Shown in pieces: positions 40,033-48,734 of a stretch of 64,000 nucleotides of DNA (position 1 is the first letter of the stretch; each line of letters begins with the position of its first letter). Both the position numbers and the translations under genes were made by a program. The notes beneath the pieces are model-generated. The model searched no databases. It had not been told where the DNA came from and worked only from the letters and a program-made list of their open reading frames with translations. Origin of the DNA: an uncultured Verrucomicrobiae bacterium (GTDB lineage: Bacteria; Chlamydiota; Chlamydiia; Chlamydiales; JAFEGQ01); assembly GCA_963739345.1 (NCBI GenBank), contig CAVUAA010000001.1, positions 1,180,714-1,244,713 of the forward strand, written 5' to 3'.

Positions 40033-40365
40033 ATGGCCACCAAAGCACCAAAGAAAGCACCCACCGAGCAACGGATCCGCATCCGCCTGAAGGGATACGA
40101 TCCACGCGTCCTTGACCATGCAGCGATGGACATCGTCGAGACTGCCAAGCGAACTGGTGCCCGGGTAGCCGGCCCCATTCCCCTCCCCACCCGCATCGAG
40201 CGATTCACCGTCCTTCGCTCCACCAACAACAACAAGACCTCGCGCGAGCAGTTCGAGAGCCGCACCCACAAGCGTCTTATCGAAGTGATCCCCACAGCGG
40301 ACACCGTTGAAGCCCTCCGCGGCCTCAACCTTGCTGCTGGCGTCGACATTCGCATCAAAACCTAA
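40033..40365 (+). CDS. rpsJ: 30S ribosomal protein S10
   Basis: ...[39 protein letters not shown]...THKRLIEV. 110 aa, intact. Confidence 0.95.
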   Translation: MATKAPKKAPTEQRIRIRLKGYDPRVLDHAAMDIVETAKRTGARVAGPIPLPTRIERFTVLRSTNNNKTSREQFESRTHKRLIEVIPTADTVEALRGLNLAAGVDIRIKT

Positions 40366-40367
40366 GA

Positions 40368-40525
40368 CCAGACTGCCACCCTCTCCTCCCCCTATGGCGT
40401 CTGCTTTTGATGATCTACTTTGCCTCGCTCCTCAGACGTGGCTGGTGGCCACGCCGTTCATCGCGATACTCGTATCTCACTCAAAATCACCCGGCCCTAG
40501 CGGAACGATAGGGTAGCAATCTCGG
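40368..40525 (-). repeat. Rod-forming intergenic element, copy B (candidate structured RNA, subfamily 2)
   Basis: Begins 2 nt after the rpsJ stop. Terminal arms 40368-40382 / 40510-40525 pair, and the mismatches are C-A on the + strand, which is G-T on the - strand. Core 40413-40486 is 70/74 identical to the reverse complement orientation of 1052-1125. Confidence 0.55.
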
Positions 40526-40544
40526 TCTCTCCACCGCTTCTAAC

Positions 40545-40582
40545 AAAAGGCCCAACACACCTGTGTCGGGCCTTTTGTTTTT
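40545..40582 (+). terminator. Rho-independent terminator of the str/S10 transcript
   Basis: AGGCCCAACACA / TGTGTCGGGCCT stem followed by TTTTGTTTTT. An A-run precedes it, so bidirectional use is possible. Confidence 0.65.
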
Positions 40583-40592
40583 GTATCAGACA

Positions 40593-40656
40593 AATCCGTG
40601 TCAGACATGACAACCTGACAACTCGAGTTGTCAGGTTGTCATGTCTGACACGGATT
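40593..40656. repeat. Perfect 64-bp palindrome (32-nt arms, no spacer, CTCGAG centre)
   Basis: AATCCGTGTCAGACATGACAACCTGACAACTC|GAGTTGTCAGGTTGTCATGTCTGACACGGATT, verified base by base. It abuts the stop codon (40657-40659) of the minus-strand C58 protease-like gene. Confidence 0.9.
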
Positions 40657-41292
40657 CTAGGTCTTGACTTTGCGAAGGATGACGTCGCTGGGCGTGGAGT
40701 AGTAGTCGAGGAGAAGGTCGGCGAGTGCGTTAGCAAAGGTGGTGAGATCGTCATAGCGGTAGATGCCGACATTGGAGTCGAAAAAGCCAACCTGGCGGTG
40801 TTTGCGGTTGCCGTGCAAACCAATGACGTGACTGCCCGTCTTAGTTTTAAAGCTGATCAGAAAGATCGCTTTTCCCTCATCACCCATCGTCTTGGCAAAT
40901 TCAATCACCGCCTGCTTGACCGACTTGACCATTCTCGTCTCAACAGCAACTCCCTCCCGGCTAAACACCTCAGCTGGGTCGCCCGTCAACTTGTAGGCCG
41001 CTTGCATCTGACGAAGCCTGGGGCCGAAAATGCTCTCCTGTCTAGCAATACCAAGCTTTCCCCGGTGCTGGTTAGCCGCGGCGGTCAGGTCGCGCACCAC
41101 ATGCCGGTCAAGACGGCGATCGTCTTTGACCATCTCTTTCGCCCAACGGGCTGTCACCGCTAAACAGACACCTCTGATCAGCACCAGCTGCGGATCGGCA
41201 GACTGCCGCACTTCCACCTTACGGAATGGAGCATTCTCCTCCAACCAGCGGGCGCGCCATGACATTGCTTTTGTGGTTCGTACCTCTTCCAT
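40657..41292 (-). CDS. YopT/AvrPphB-type papain-like cysteine protease (peptidase C58-like), candidate secreted effector
   Basis: 211 aa. Putative triad C43 (RGVCLAVTARW), H155 (GSHVIGLH), D172 (FFDSNVGIY). Spacing C-H 112 and H-D 17 is close to what I recall for YopT and AvrPphB. Confidence 0.55.
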   Translation of the reverse strand: MEEVRTTKAMSWRARWLEENAPFRKVEVRQSADPQLVLIRGVCLAVTARWAKEMVKDDRRLDRHVVRDLTAAANQHRGKLGIARQESIFGPRLRQMQAAYKLTGDPAEVFSREGVAVETRMVKSVKQAVIEFAKTMGDEGKAIFLISFKTKTGSHVIGLHGNRKHRQVGFFDSNVGIYRYDDLTTFANALADLLLDYYSTPSDVILRKVKT

Positions 41293-41377
41293 GAAATACC
41301 CTTTCTCTATAGTACTATTTTAACCCGCCTACGTTAAGATGGTTATGGGACCGGTATTAAGATTAAGGAGGGTGTAA

Positions 41378-42874
41378 GTGACTAACGGCGAGAGTGCTAA
41401 GACGCGGATCTTCGTCCTCATCTGCACGATTATCGCCACAGGGATGGCTTTTCTTGATGGGACGGTGGTGAACGTAGCGCTGCCGACGCTGCAGAAGACG
41501 TTTGGAGCAACGGTCTCGCAGATCCAGTGGATCGTCGATTCGTACGCGTTGACACTTGCTGCGCTACTTCTTACCGCCGGCACCCTCTCCGACAACTTTG
41601 GTCACAAACGAGTCTTTGTAGTGGGAATTGCTCTATTCACAGCGGGATCGCTGGTCTGTGCCGGCGCGCTCGGCGCCAACTCGCTCATTTGGGCAAGGGC
41701 CTTTCAAGGTATTGGCGCGGCATTCATGATCCCCGGAAGCTTGGCGATTATTTACGATACCTTCCCTGAGAACAAGCGGGGAAAGGCGATTGGAATCTGG
41801 GCCGGGTTTTCGGGAGGAATCGCCGCCTTCGGTCCTTTTCTCGGCGGCTGGCTAACCGAAGTGTGGAGCTGGCGAGCAATTTTTGTGATCAATCTCCCGC
41901 TGGGCGCACTCGCTCTCTATCTCACCATTGCCTTTGTCCTCCCCATCTATCCAAAGAAACGGCAGCCAATTGACTGGCTAGGCACCGCCCTCATCACTGC
42001 CTCTCTTTTTCTTCTCTCCTTTGCGCTCATCGAGGCGCCCAACTTTGGCCCTTCCCACCCCGCCATCTGGGGGCCATTTGTCGCCGGCGTCATCTCCCTC
42101 GCCCTCTTCCTCCGGCAAGAGCTGCGCACGCCCTACCCCATGCTCCCCCTCTCTCTTTTCCGCATCCGCGAAGTGGCGGTTGCCAACACCGCCACCTTCT
42201 TCGTCTACCTCGCTCTCAACGTCAATATCTTCCTCGTTGTCCTCAACCTCCAGCAGGTCCAAAACCTCTCCCCCATGTATGCGGGCCTTGGCATGATGCC
42301 CCCCATCGTCCTCATCACCTTCCTCTCCTGGACAGGCGGCAAGCTGACCGATGCTCGCGGCCCCCGCCTCCCCCTCCTTCTGGGCACTCTCATCATCTCC
42401 TTAGGCATGTTTTGGATCGCCTTTGCTAAGCCCGGCGGCAGCTACTGGACCGCCTTCCTTCCCGGCCTCACCCTCTTTGGCCTCGGGATGGCCATAGTCA
42501 TCGCACCCGTCACTAAATCAGCCCTAGCAGTTGAAGAGGAGCGGGCCGGCATCGCCTCCGCCGTCAACAACGCCCTTTCCCGCGTCGCCGCCCTCTTTGC
42601 CATCGCCATCTCCGGCACCGTCGTCGCCCTTATCTTCCGCCGCAAGCTCCTTGATACTCTCCCCGCCCACCTCAAAGATGAAATTCTCCCGCAACTCAAC
42701 CGCCTCGCCGCCATTGAGACCACCCCCGACGCCCAACACCTCATCGACAATGCCTTCACCACCGGCTTCTTCTGGAGCCTTATTGGCTGCGGCGCCTCTG
42801 TCCTGCTAGCTTTCTTTATTGTTCTTTTTGGTCTGAAGAAGACTTCCAAATCGAGCCCTGAACGATTGTCCTGA
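41378..42874 (+). CDS. MFS transporter, DHA2 (EmrB/QacA, 14-TMS) family
   Basis: 498 aa, GTG start. LDGTVVNVALPTLQKTFGAT...WIVDSYALTLAALLLTAGTLSDNFGHKR. Confidence 0.8.
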   Translation: MTNGESAKTRIFVLICTIIATGMAFLDGTVVNVALPTLQKTFGATVSQIQWIVDSYALTLAALLLTAGTLSDNFGHKRVFVVGIALFTAGSLVCAGALGANSLIWARAFQGIGAAFMIPGSLAIIYDTFPENKRGKAIGIWAGFSGGIAAFGPFLGGWLTEVWSWRAIFVINLPLGALALYLTIAFVLPIYPKKRQPIDWLGTALITASLFLLSFALIEAPNFGPSHPAIWGPFVAGVISLALFLRQELRTPYPMLPLSLFRIREVAVANTATFFVYLALNVNIFLVVLNLQQVQNLSPMYAGLGMMPPIVLITFLSWTGGKLTDARGPRLPLLLGTLIISLGMFWIAFAKPGGSYWTAFLPGLTLFGLGMAIVIAPVTKSALAVEEERAGIASAVNNALSRVAALFAIAISGTVVALIFRRKLLDTLPAHLKDEILPQLNRLAAIETTPDAQHLIDNAFTTGFFWSLIGCGASVLLAFFIVLFGLKKTSKSSPERLS

Positions 42875-43271
42875 GCTGATCGGCTGAGGCGAATTCGGCA
42901 CGGACGTTGTAGCCCCCCTCGGGGTTCCGCTCGTAGATCTCAAACCCCTCAAAGCCATACTCGTCGGTGCCGCGAAACTCCCACGCCACCACCTTGTCGT
43001 CTACCACGCCGCTCCCATCAATTTCGCCAAGTAGCGTATTGCTCAAATGCACGGCAAACTTCTCAGTGCTGATATCGGCAAAGGTAAAGGTGTTCTCCAT
43101 CTTCTCAGGAACCCCCTCTACTTCAACCTCTTGCATCGCCGTGATCACTCCATCCTCGGCTGACTCCACCGTCCACCGGCAGTGATACTTTAGCCAGTCG
43201 GGCGACTCGGTGAACTTGATTGTCCCCTCACCCAACCACTGCCCCGGCTCTAGCATGAATTCGTGTACCAT
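42816..43271 (-). CDS. Hypothetical soluble protein
   Basis: 151 aa ORF, convergent with the MFS gene and overlapping its end. No motif recognised. Confidence 0.4.
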   Translation of the reverse strand: MVHEFMLEPGQWLGEGTIKFTESPDWLKYHCRWTVESAEDGVITAMQEVEVEGVPEKMENTFTFADISTEKFAVHLSNTLLGEIDGSGVVDDKVVAWEFRGTDEYGFEGFEIYERNPEGGYNVRAEFASADQLRTIVQGSIWKSSSDQKEQ

Positions 43272-43288
43272 ACCCTCATCCTACCAAC

Positions 43289-44410
43289 TCAAAACATAAA
43301 TCTGCGACTGTAAATACTCTGCAAAATGCCCAAGGCCGCCATTGTCACCAACACAGACGATCCTCCATACGTCACCAGCACCAGCGGCACACCAGTGACC
43401 GGCAGAAACCCACACATCATCGCAATATTTGTGATCACATGCATTGCCAGATAGACCGTGATCCCGGCCGACAGCAACCGTCCAAAGTGATCTTTGGCCA
43501 CCGCCGTCACCTGAAAACCGAAGTAGATCAGCGCATAGAAGAGCACTAAAATGGCCGCCATCCCCACCAATCCGAATTCTTCACCAAATGATGGAAAGAC
43601 ACTATCCGTCTCCGCCGCCGGCAGCCACCCCCGCCCGCTGTACTCCCCCTTCTTCCATCCAGCGCCGGTCACCCCCCCACTCCCCATCGCCACCAAAGCG
43701 GCCCGTTGATGATGCGTGTTGGGATTCAACCGCTCATACTGGTAGTCCTTCATCACCTTGGTCGCCAGCGGCCGCATCCCCTCGTGATCGACCAGCCCCA
43801 AGAAGATCGACAAAACCACCACCAGCCCCACCAACGTGAATCCCATCATCGCCCTAAGAAGCGCCGGCCGCACTCCCCCAAAATAAAACATCACCATCGT
43901 GATGGGCCACAGCACCACCGCGGATCCCAAGTCAGGCTGCTTCAAAATAAGCAGAAACGGCACTCCCATGATCACACACGCCCGCACCGCGGTCCGCCAC
44001 GTCCCTGCATGTGCCCGCGCCCGCTCCAAATACCAACTGAGCGTCAACACCACCACAAGCTTCGCAATCTCCGACGGCTGCACCGCCACATGGACCACTG
44101 GCAGCACATACCACCGATGCACTCCCGCCACCGTCCTAGTGAAAAAGAGCCCCACCAGCGCCACCACCATCAGCACATAGAAGATCCAGGTCGCCTCCCG
44201 CAGTTTCGTATAGTCGAGACCGGCACACGCCACATAGACCCCACCCCCAATCACAAACCATCTCAGCTGCGTCCACGCCTTCCGGCTGAGCAGCTCCTCC
44301 TCTCCCCCCATCGTCTGCGCAGAGATCACCAACAGGCTCACCACCATCAGCGCCCCAATGACCACCACCATCCGCAAATCTAACCGCTTAAGATAGCGCG
44401 AACTCCACAT
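43289..44410 (-). CDS. SEDS-family peptidoglycan glycosyltransferase (FtsW/RodA/SpoVE)
   Basis: 373 aa, 10 TM. QPSEIAKL, ETDSVFPSFGEEFGLVG, PVTGVPLVLVTYGGSS motifs. Confidence 0.85.
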   Translation of the reverse strand: MWSSRYLKRLDLRMVVVIGALMVVSLLVISAQTMGGEEELLSRKAWTQLRWFVIGGGVYVACAGLDYTKLREATWIFYVLMVVALVGLFFTRTVAGVHRWYVLPVVHVAVQPSEIAKLVVVLTLSWYLERARAHAGTWRTAVRACVIMGVPFLLILKQPDLGSAVVLWPITMVMFYFGGVRPALLRAMMGFTLVGLVVVLSIFLGLVDHEGMRPLATKVMKDYQYERLNPNTHHQRAALVAMGSGGVTGAGWKKGEYSGRGWLPAAETDSVFPSFGEEFGLVGMAAILVLFYALIYFGFQVTAVAKDHFGRLLSAGITVYLAMHVITNIAMMCGFLPVTGVPLVLVTYGGSSVLVTMAALGILQSIYSRRFMF

Positions 44411-44453
44411 GCCTCATTGATACCACCTCCCCCACCACCCTGTCGATACCCCA

Positions 44454-44492
44454 AATTGTCACATTCTGGGACAGTCCCCAATTGTGACAATT
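44454..44492. repeat. 39-bp compound palindrome, copy 2 (inverted relative to copy 1)
   Basis: AATTGTCACATTCTGGGACAGTCCCCAATTGTGACAATT, between the divergent SEDS and birA genes. TTGAGA (-35-like) follows immediately. Confidence 0.7.
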
Positions 44493-44528
44493 TTGAGACA
44501 AATTGCGTTATCGTCTAAACCAGAGGCA

Positions 44529-45104
44529 ATGATGGAAACAGAACACAAGCATTTCGATGTCCTTGGATCGACGGCCGAGTGGGCGAAGCGGCACGCCAAA
44601 GAACTCAACCCCGACAAGCTGACGGTGATTACCGCCGGCTACCAGACGGGAGGGAAGGGGCAATTCGGTAAAACGTGGGCCTCGCCGGAGGGGAACCTCT
44701 ACGCCACCTACTGCTTTGTGGTCCCGACCGGCTTTGAGGCGCTCCCTCACGCCGCTCAACTGATCGCCTGGTCAGTCGCACAGGTGTTGATGGAAATGGG
44801 CCTTGAACCAAAGTTCAAATGGCCCAACGATATCCTCATCGATGGGAAAAAGATCTCAGGAGCTTTGGTCGAGACGGAGACGTTTGTGAAAGAGACCTTC
44901 GTCTTTGCCAGCACGGGGCTGAACATCAATACGAATGTACAGGTTGACCAACCGACCACATGCCTCGCCAATGAACTGGGCGAAGCCCAAGATGCGCAGG
45001 CGATCTTCCGCCGCATCACTCATCAAATAGAAGCAGACTTAGAGGTCTACCTTGAAGAGGGCTTTCACCCCTTCGTGCAACCCTTCGAAGAGCTTCTTGT
45101 CTAG
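44529..45104 (+). CDS. birA: Biotin--[acetyl-CoA-carboxylase] ligase, class I (no N-terminal HTH)
   Basis: GYQTGGKGQFGKTWASPEGNLY (GRGRxGRxW-type motif), KWPNDILIDGKKISG. ATG at 44529 or 44532; the GTG at 44484 lies inside the palindrome. Confidence 0.75.
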   Translation: MMETEHKHFDVLGSTAEWAKRHAKELNPDKLTVITAGYQTGGKGQFGKTWASPEGNLYATYCFVVPTGFEALPHAAQLIAWSVAQVLMEMGLEPKFKWPNDILIDGKKISGALVETETFVKETFVFASTGLNINTNVQVDQPTTCLANELGEAQDAQAIFRRITHQIEADLEVYLEEGFHPFVQPFEELLV

Positions 45105-46136
45105 GCTAAGATGACCGTGGAGACGAGCCAATACGATCTCCGCCCCCTCGACTTCTCCGAACACTTTGAGAGCATCCTGCGAGAGCCGACTAAGTGCCTT
45201 GAGATGAAACTCGAGATCTGTTCCCTTATCCAGGGCCTCGGAAATTTTTGGCATAAGAGCCTCGGCGTTGAACTTGTAGGCCAGCTGGACCTGAGCATCG
45301 GTCCAGTCCTGCTCTTTTAGTTGGTCTATCAGGTGCGAGTCGATATCCCTACTGAATCCGGCATCCACCAGTCTCTTGGCCACCTCTAATTTGTTTTCGA
45401 TTAGTGCCCTTTCAACTGGCGTTGCATGGCCTTGGTTTTTGACAAAAAACCGTCCATCGAGCTTCTCCACCCCCTTGGTCATCAGGTATTCGAAGATTTC
45501 ATCCTGTTTATGAATAATCGCATCGTGGAGGTAGGGGAAGTAACCCTCGGTGTACCGGTCGAGCTTGCACGCCTTCTCAATGAACTTCAGGGTCTCGAGA
45601 TCCCGTTCCTTAGCCGGTCGCTGCAGAAGCTCATTGCGAACCGCATCTTTGAAGTCACTGCGAGCTTCCTTGTCCTTAAACGCGCCTAGGATCTCATCGT
45701 AGTTCTCCCGCGTCACCTTCTTCCCATCGATTTGGAGCTCGACCAACTCTCCCTTGGGCTCAACGTATTCAGCAACCTCCTTCATCCCCACACGCTTCTG
45801 CCCAAATAGCTTTGTGAGCTCTTGTCCAGTACCCAGATGAAACTGGCCATAGATCCGGGCAATGGTGTTCTTATGGTCCTCTGTGATGAGCGCTCGATTG
45901 ACGTCGAGGAATGAGGTGAGATTGGTGACGACGTGGGGGAGCTTTTTACTCGGTGGCGTGACCCCAAAGTACTCCCGTTTCCTAAAACTCGTCGTTGCTA
46001 CAGGCAACATGCCCAGGACTTCAATATGAGCCTTCCCATCAGCTACCTGACGCAAGCCGCTCATTATCTCACCAAACTTCTTTACATCTACCTGTCTCGA
46101 ACCGTAGTCTTCCATCACCCCCCCTTGCTTACTCAA
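45039..46136 (-). CDS. Hypothetical protein with ankyrin-like repeats; AT-richer than neighbours
   Basis: 365 aa. GYFPYLHDAIIHKQDEIFEYLMTKGVE and GHATPVERALIENKLEVAKRLVDAGF resemble ANK repeats. Confidence 0.45.
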   Translation of the reverse strand: MSKQGGVMEDYGSRQVDVKKFGEIMSGLRQVADGKAHIEVLGMLPVATTSFRKREYFGVTPPSKKLPHVVTNLTSFLDVNRALITEDHKNTIARIYGQFHLGTGQELTKLFGQKRVGMKEVAEYVEPKGELVELQIDGKKVTRENYDEILGAFKDKEARSDFKDAVRNELLQRPAKERDLETLKFIEKACKLDRYTEGYFPYLHDAIIHKQDEIFEYLMTKGVEKLDGRFFVKNQGHATPVERALIENKLEVAKRLVDAGFSRDIDSHLIDQLKEQDWTDAQVQLAYKFNAEALMPKISEALDKGTDLEFHLKALSRLSQDALKVFGEVEGAEIVLARLHGHLSLDKKLFEGLHEGVKALFKVDL

Positions 46137-46179
46137 TTATAAACTAATATCTTAAAGAGTAAACAAAGAGGCTATCTTA

Positions 46180-46938
46180 CTAAGCAAGAGTGAGATCGGG
46201 AACGACGACGAGGTCGGGGTGGATCTTGGCGCGGAGCATTTGCTGGATCGAGGTGAGGGTGGAACCGGTAGCCGAAGGGCAGGTAGTGCAGGACCCTTCG
46301 TAGGCGATGAGCACTTCGCGCGAATCGATGATCTTGAGCACTTCGACGCCGCCGGCGTCGAGCTCGATGTAGGGCTGGATCTCCTCTTTCACAAAGGTGG
46401 CGAGGAGGCGGAGCTGTTCGTCAGCGGGCATCTCGGTGAAGCCGGGGATGCCCCCCTCCAAGACTTCAAAATCATGTTCGATGGGCGTGGAATAGGTCTC
46501 GGGGAGGGGAATATCGGTGCACTGCTCCGCGCACACTTCGAGAGCGTGGATCACCATGTTGAGATGGGCAGACGTTTCGGCGGGGAAAGAGGGGATGTCG
46601 GATTTGTCGCGGAGATGTTTGTCGATGATGTCAGCGCCAATGCGGTTGGCCTGATCCCAGTTCTTGCCGACGGTCAGTTCACAGGCGGTTTCGGCGGCGC
46701 CGATAAGGGCCGATTGGCCAAAGGTTTGGTGCTTGGCATCGGCAATGATGCCGTCGGCTTCGTCGATGAGCCAGTAGAAGCGGGTGATGTTTCCAGACGC
46801 GACGGAACCGTATTCGCCGATCACCAGGCGCATGCCGCGGGCTTCCTCGGGGGCGAAATGACCTCCCCAGCGGGGGGTTTCGATACGGGCGGCCAGTTTC
46901 TTGGAGTAGCGAGTCCAGGGAAAGGAGACGAGCCTCAT
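46180..46938 (-). CDS. NifU-like Fe-S cluster scaffold protein (IscU-like N-domain + NifU C-domain)
   Basis: 252 aa. C-terminal GSCTTCPSATGSTL CxxC motif. 4-nt overlap with the upstream cysteine desulfurase gene. Confidence 0.7.
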   Translation of the reverse strand: MRLVSFPWTRYSKKLAARIETPRWGGHFAPEEARGMRLVIGEYGSVASGNITRFYWLIDEADGIIADAKHQTFGQSALIGAAETACELTVGKNWDQANRIGADIIDKHLRDKSDIPSFPAETSAHLNMVIHALEVCAEQCTDIPLPETYSTPIEHDFEVLEGGIPGFTEMPADEQLRLLATFVKEEIQPYIELDAGGVEVLKIIDSREVLIAYEGSCTTCPSATGSTLTSIQQMLRAKIHPDLVVVPDLTLA

Positions 46939-48035
46939 GCGTAGATCTCCTTGGAGAGGGCGGCTAGCGATTGCGCATGTTTGTTGATGAGAGCGACCGC
47001 GGCATCAACATCTTCTGCTGTCGTGTGTCGCGAGAGACTAAAGCTGACCGCGCAGTTGGGGAGGGGCTGGTAGGTGCCCCCCCCAAAGCTGGCGTAGAGG
47101 CCGGCCCGATTAAGGCGGTAGAGGAGGGCATCGGCGGTGACGCCAGGAAAGCTGAGCGCCGTCGTGGTAGGTGTGCGGAGGGTGTTTTGGAAAAGGGGCG
47201 TAGCGTTGAGTTCGGTCTCAAGTCGGTTGCGGAGACGGGCCGTTTCAATAGCGACGTGGTCGCGGTGAGCGAGCGCCTCTTCACAGGCGACAGAGAGCGC
47301 TGCAAGGAGTGCGACGCTAAAGGGGCCGGCGCGCCGGCCATCCTGTTCCATCCCACCGAGAATGAGATTGGAGAGGCGGAGGCCGGAACGGATCCAGAGG
47401 CCGCCGGTCCCTTGGGGAGCGTGGAGGTGATTGCCATTTAAGGTGATCAGGTCAGGGGCGATCTCGTCGAGGTCGAAGTCAATTTTTCCGAGAATGTGAG
47501 TGGCGTCGAGGTGGAGCCAGATCCCCCGCTCGCGGCAGATCTCGGCAAGTTCTGCAACGGGGTGGACGACGCCAGTGAGGCCGTTGGCCCAGGAGAGGGA
47601 GACGAGGGCGGTGCGGGGGGTGATGGCGTCGATGAGGGCGTCGGGGGTGAGGATGCCGTCAGCATTGACGGGAGCAAGGGTCGTCTCGCAGCCGAGCAGC
47701 TCGAGCCGCTCATAGGCCATGATCACCGGTGCTTCGTCAGCACTGGTAGTGATGAAGTGGTTGCGGCCAGTTTCACGGGCGATGTCTAAATAGGCGGCCT
47801 GCACAACGTGGTTGGTTGCCTCTGCGCCAGAGGAGGTGAAGACGAAGTTGTCGGAAGAACGGGCGCCCAGCAGCTGATAGATCGGCTCGTAGAGCTTCTC
47901 AAGATCGGGAAGGAGGCTCTGTCCCATCTTGTGCGGCGCTGCAGGCGATCCCCACTTCTCCTCGAGAAACGGCTGCATGGCAGCAATAGCTGCTGTTGAG
48001 GGTTTGGTGGTGGTGTGGTTGTCGAAGTAGATCAT
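46935..48035 (-). CDS. Cysteine desulfurase (class V aminotransferase, NifS/IscS-like)
   Basis: 366 aa. FTSSGAEATNHV, HLDATHILGKIDFD (PLP-Lys context). Confidence 0.8.
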   Translation of the reverse strand: MIYFDNHTTTKPSTAAIAAMQPFLEEKWGSPAAPHKMGQSLLPDLEKLYEPIYQLLGARSSDNFVFTSSGAEATNHVVQAAYLDIARETGRNHFITTSADEAPVIMAYERLELLGCETTLAPVNADGILTPDALIDAITPRTALVSLSWANGLTGVVHPVAELAEICRERGIWLHLDATHILGKIDFDLDEIAPDLITLNGNHLHAPQGTGGLWIRSGLRLSNLILGGMEQDGRRAGPFSVALLAALSVACEEALAHRDHVAIETARLRNRLETELNATPLFQNTLRTPTTTALSFPGVTADALLYRLNRAGLYASFGGGTYQPLPNCAVSFSLSRHTTAEDVDAAVALINKHAQSLAALSKEIYA

Positions 48036-48709
48036 CGTTTGGTGAACACACCATCCTTGTAGTCGTAGATGATGGGGAGGCCGGTAGGAATCTCCAAGCT
48101 AACCACCTCCTCTTCGCTCAAGGAATCGAGCTCCATCAGGATCGCGCGGAGGGAGTTGCCATGTGCAGAAACAAAGGCGTTTTGGCCCCCCTTAAGGGCG
48201 GGGATGATCTTCTCATGAAAGTAGGGAAGAGTGCGCTCAGCGGTGTTCTTGAGCGCCTCGCCTCCCGGCGGCCGCGTCGCGTAGCTCCGGCGCCAGATCT
48301 GCACTTGGTCAGCACCATATTTGGCTCGTGTGTCATCCTTGTTGAGCCCCTGCAACTCACCGTAGTGCCGTTCGTTGAGCTCCCATGCTTCGAACACGGG
48401 GATCGTCTCCGGCTCACCAAAGTTAGTCGCCCAATCTTGCAGCTTCCCCTCTCCCTGATGTTGGATAACAGGGATTTTTCCTGAGTGGTGGCTCATCATC
48501 GCGAGCATGCTGGTCATCTGCGCTCGAATGAGAGTGGATGTGAACATGACGTCGATTGGCAGATCGGCAATTGCCTTTCCCCCCTCTATCGCCTCATTTA
48601 CCCCCTTTTCACTAAGGGGAATATCAACCCAGCCCGTAAAAACATTTTTTTTATTCCATTCAGATTGGCCGTGACGCATCAGAATCAGTAAACTCATCTT
48701 CCCTCTCAT
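48032..48709 (-). CDS. gpmA: 2,3-bisphosphoglycerate-dependent phosphoglycerate mutase
   Basis: LILMRHGQSEWNKKNVFTGWVDIPLS, ERHYGELQG, SAHGNSLRA. Alternative ATG at 48697. Confidence 0.9.
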   Translation of the reverse strand: MRGKMSLLILMRHGQSEWNKKNVFTGWVDIPLSEKGVNEAIEGGKAIADLPIDVMFTSTLIRAQMTSMLAMMSHHSGKIPVIQHQGEGKLQDWATNFGEPETIPVFEAWELNERHYGELQGLNKDDTRAKYGADQVQIWRRSYATRPPGGEALKNTAERTLPYFHEKIIPALKGGQNAFVSAHGNSLRAILMELDSLSEEEVVSLEIPTGLPIIYDYKDGVFTKR

Positions 48710-48734
48710 TGTCTTTTGAGATAAAATAGCTCAC

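Noticed and set aside
40593-40656. The perfect palindrome as a protelomerase or hairpin-telomere resolution site, or a replication origin
   Set aside because: No protelomerase, ResT, Rep or partition gene is in the window and the context is chromosomal housekeeping DNA. This is pure speculation without support.
44454-44492. The palindrome as a BirA operator (bioO)
   Set aside because: The adjacent BirA lacks the N-terminal HTH domain, no biotin-synthesis genes are nearby, and the identical palindrome sits upstream of a brnQ-like transporter.
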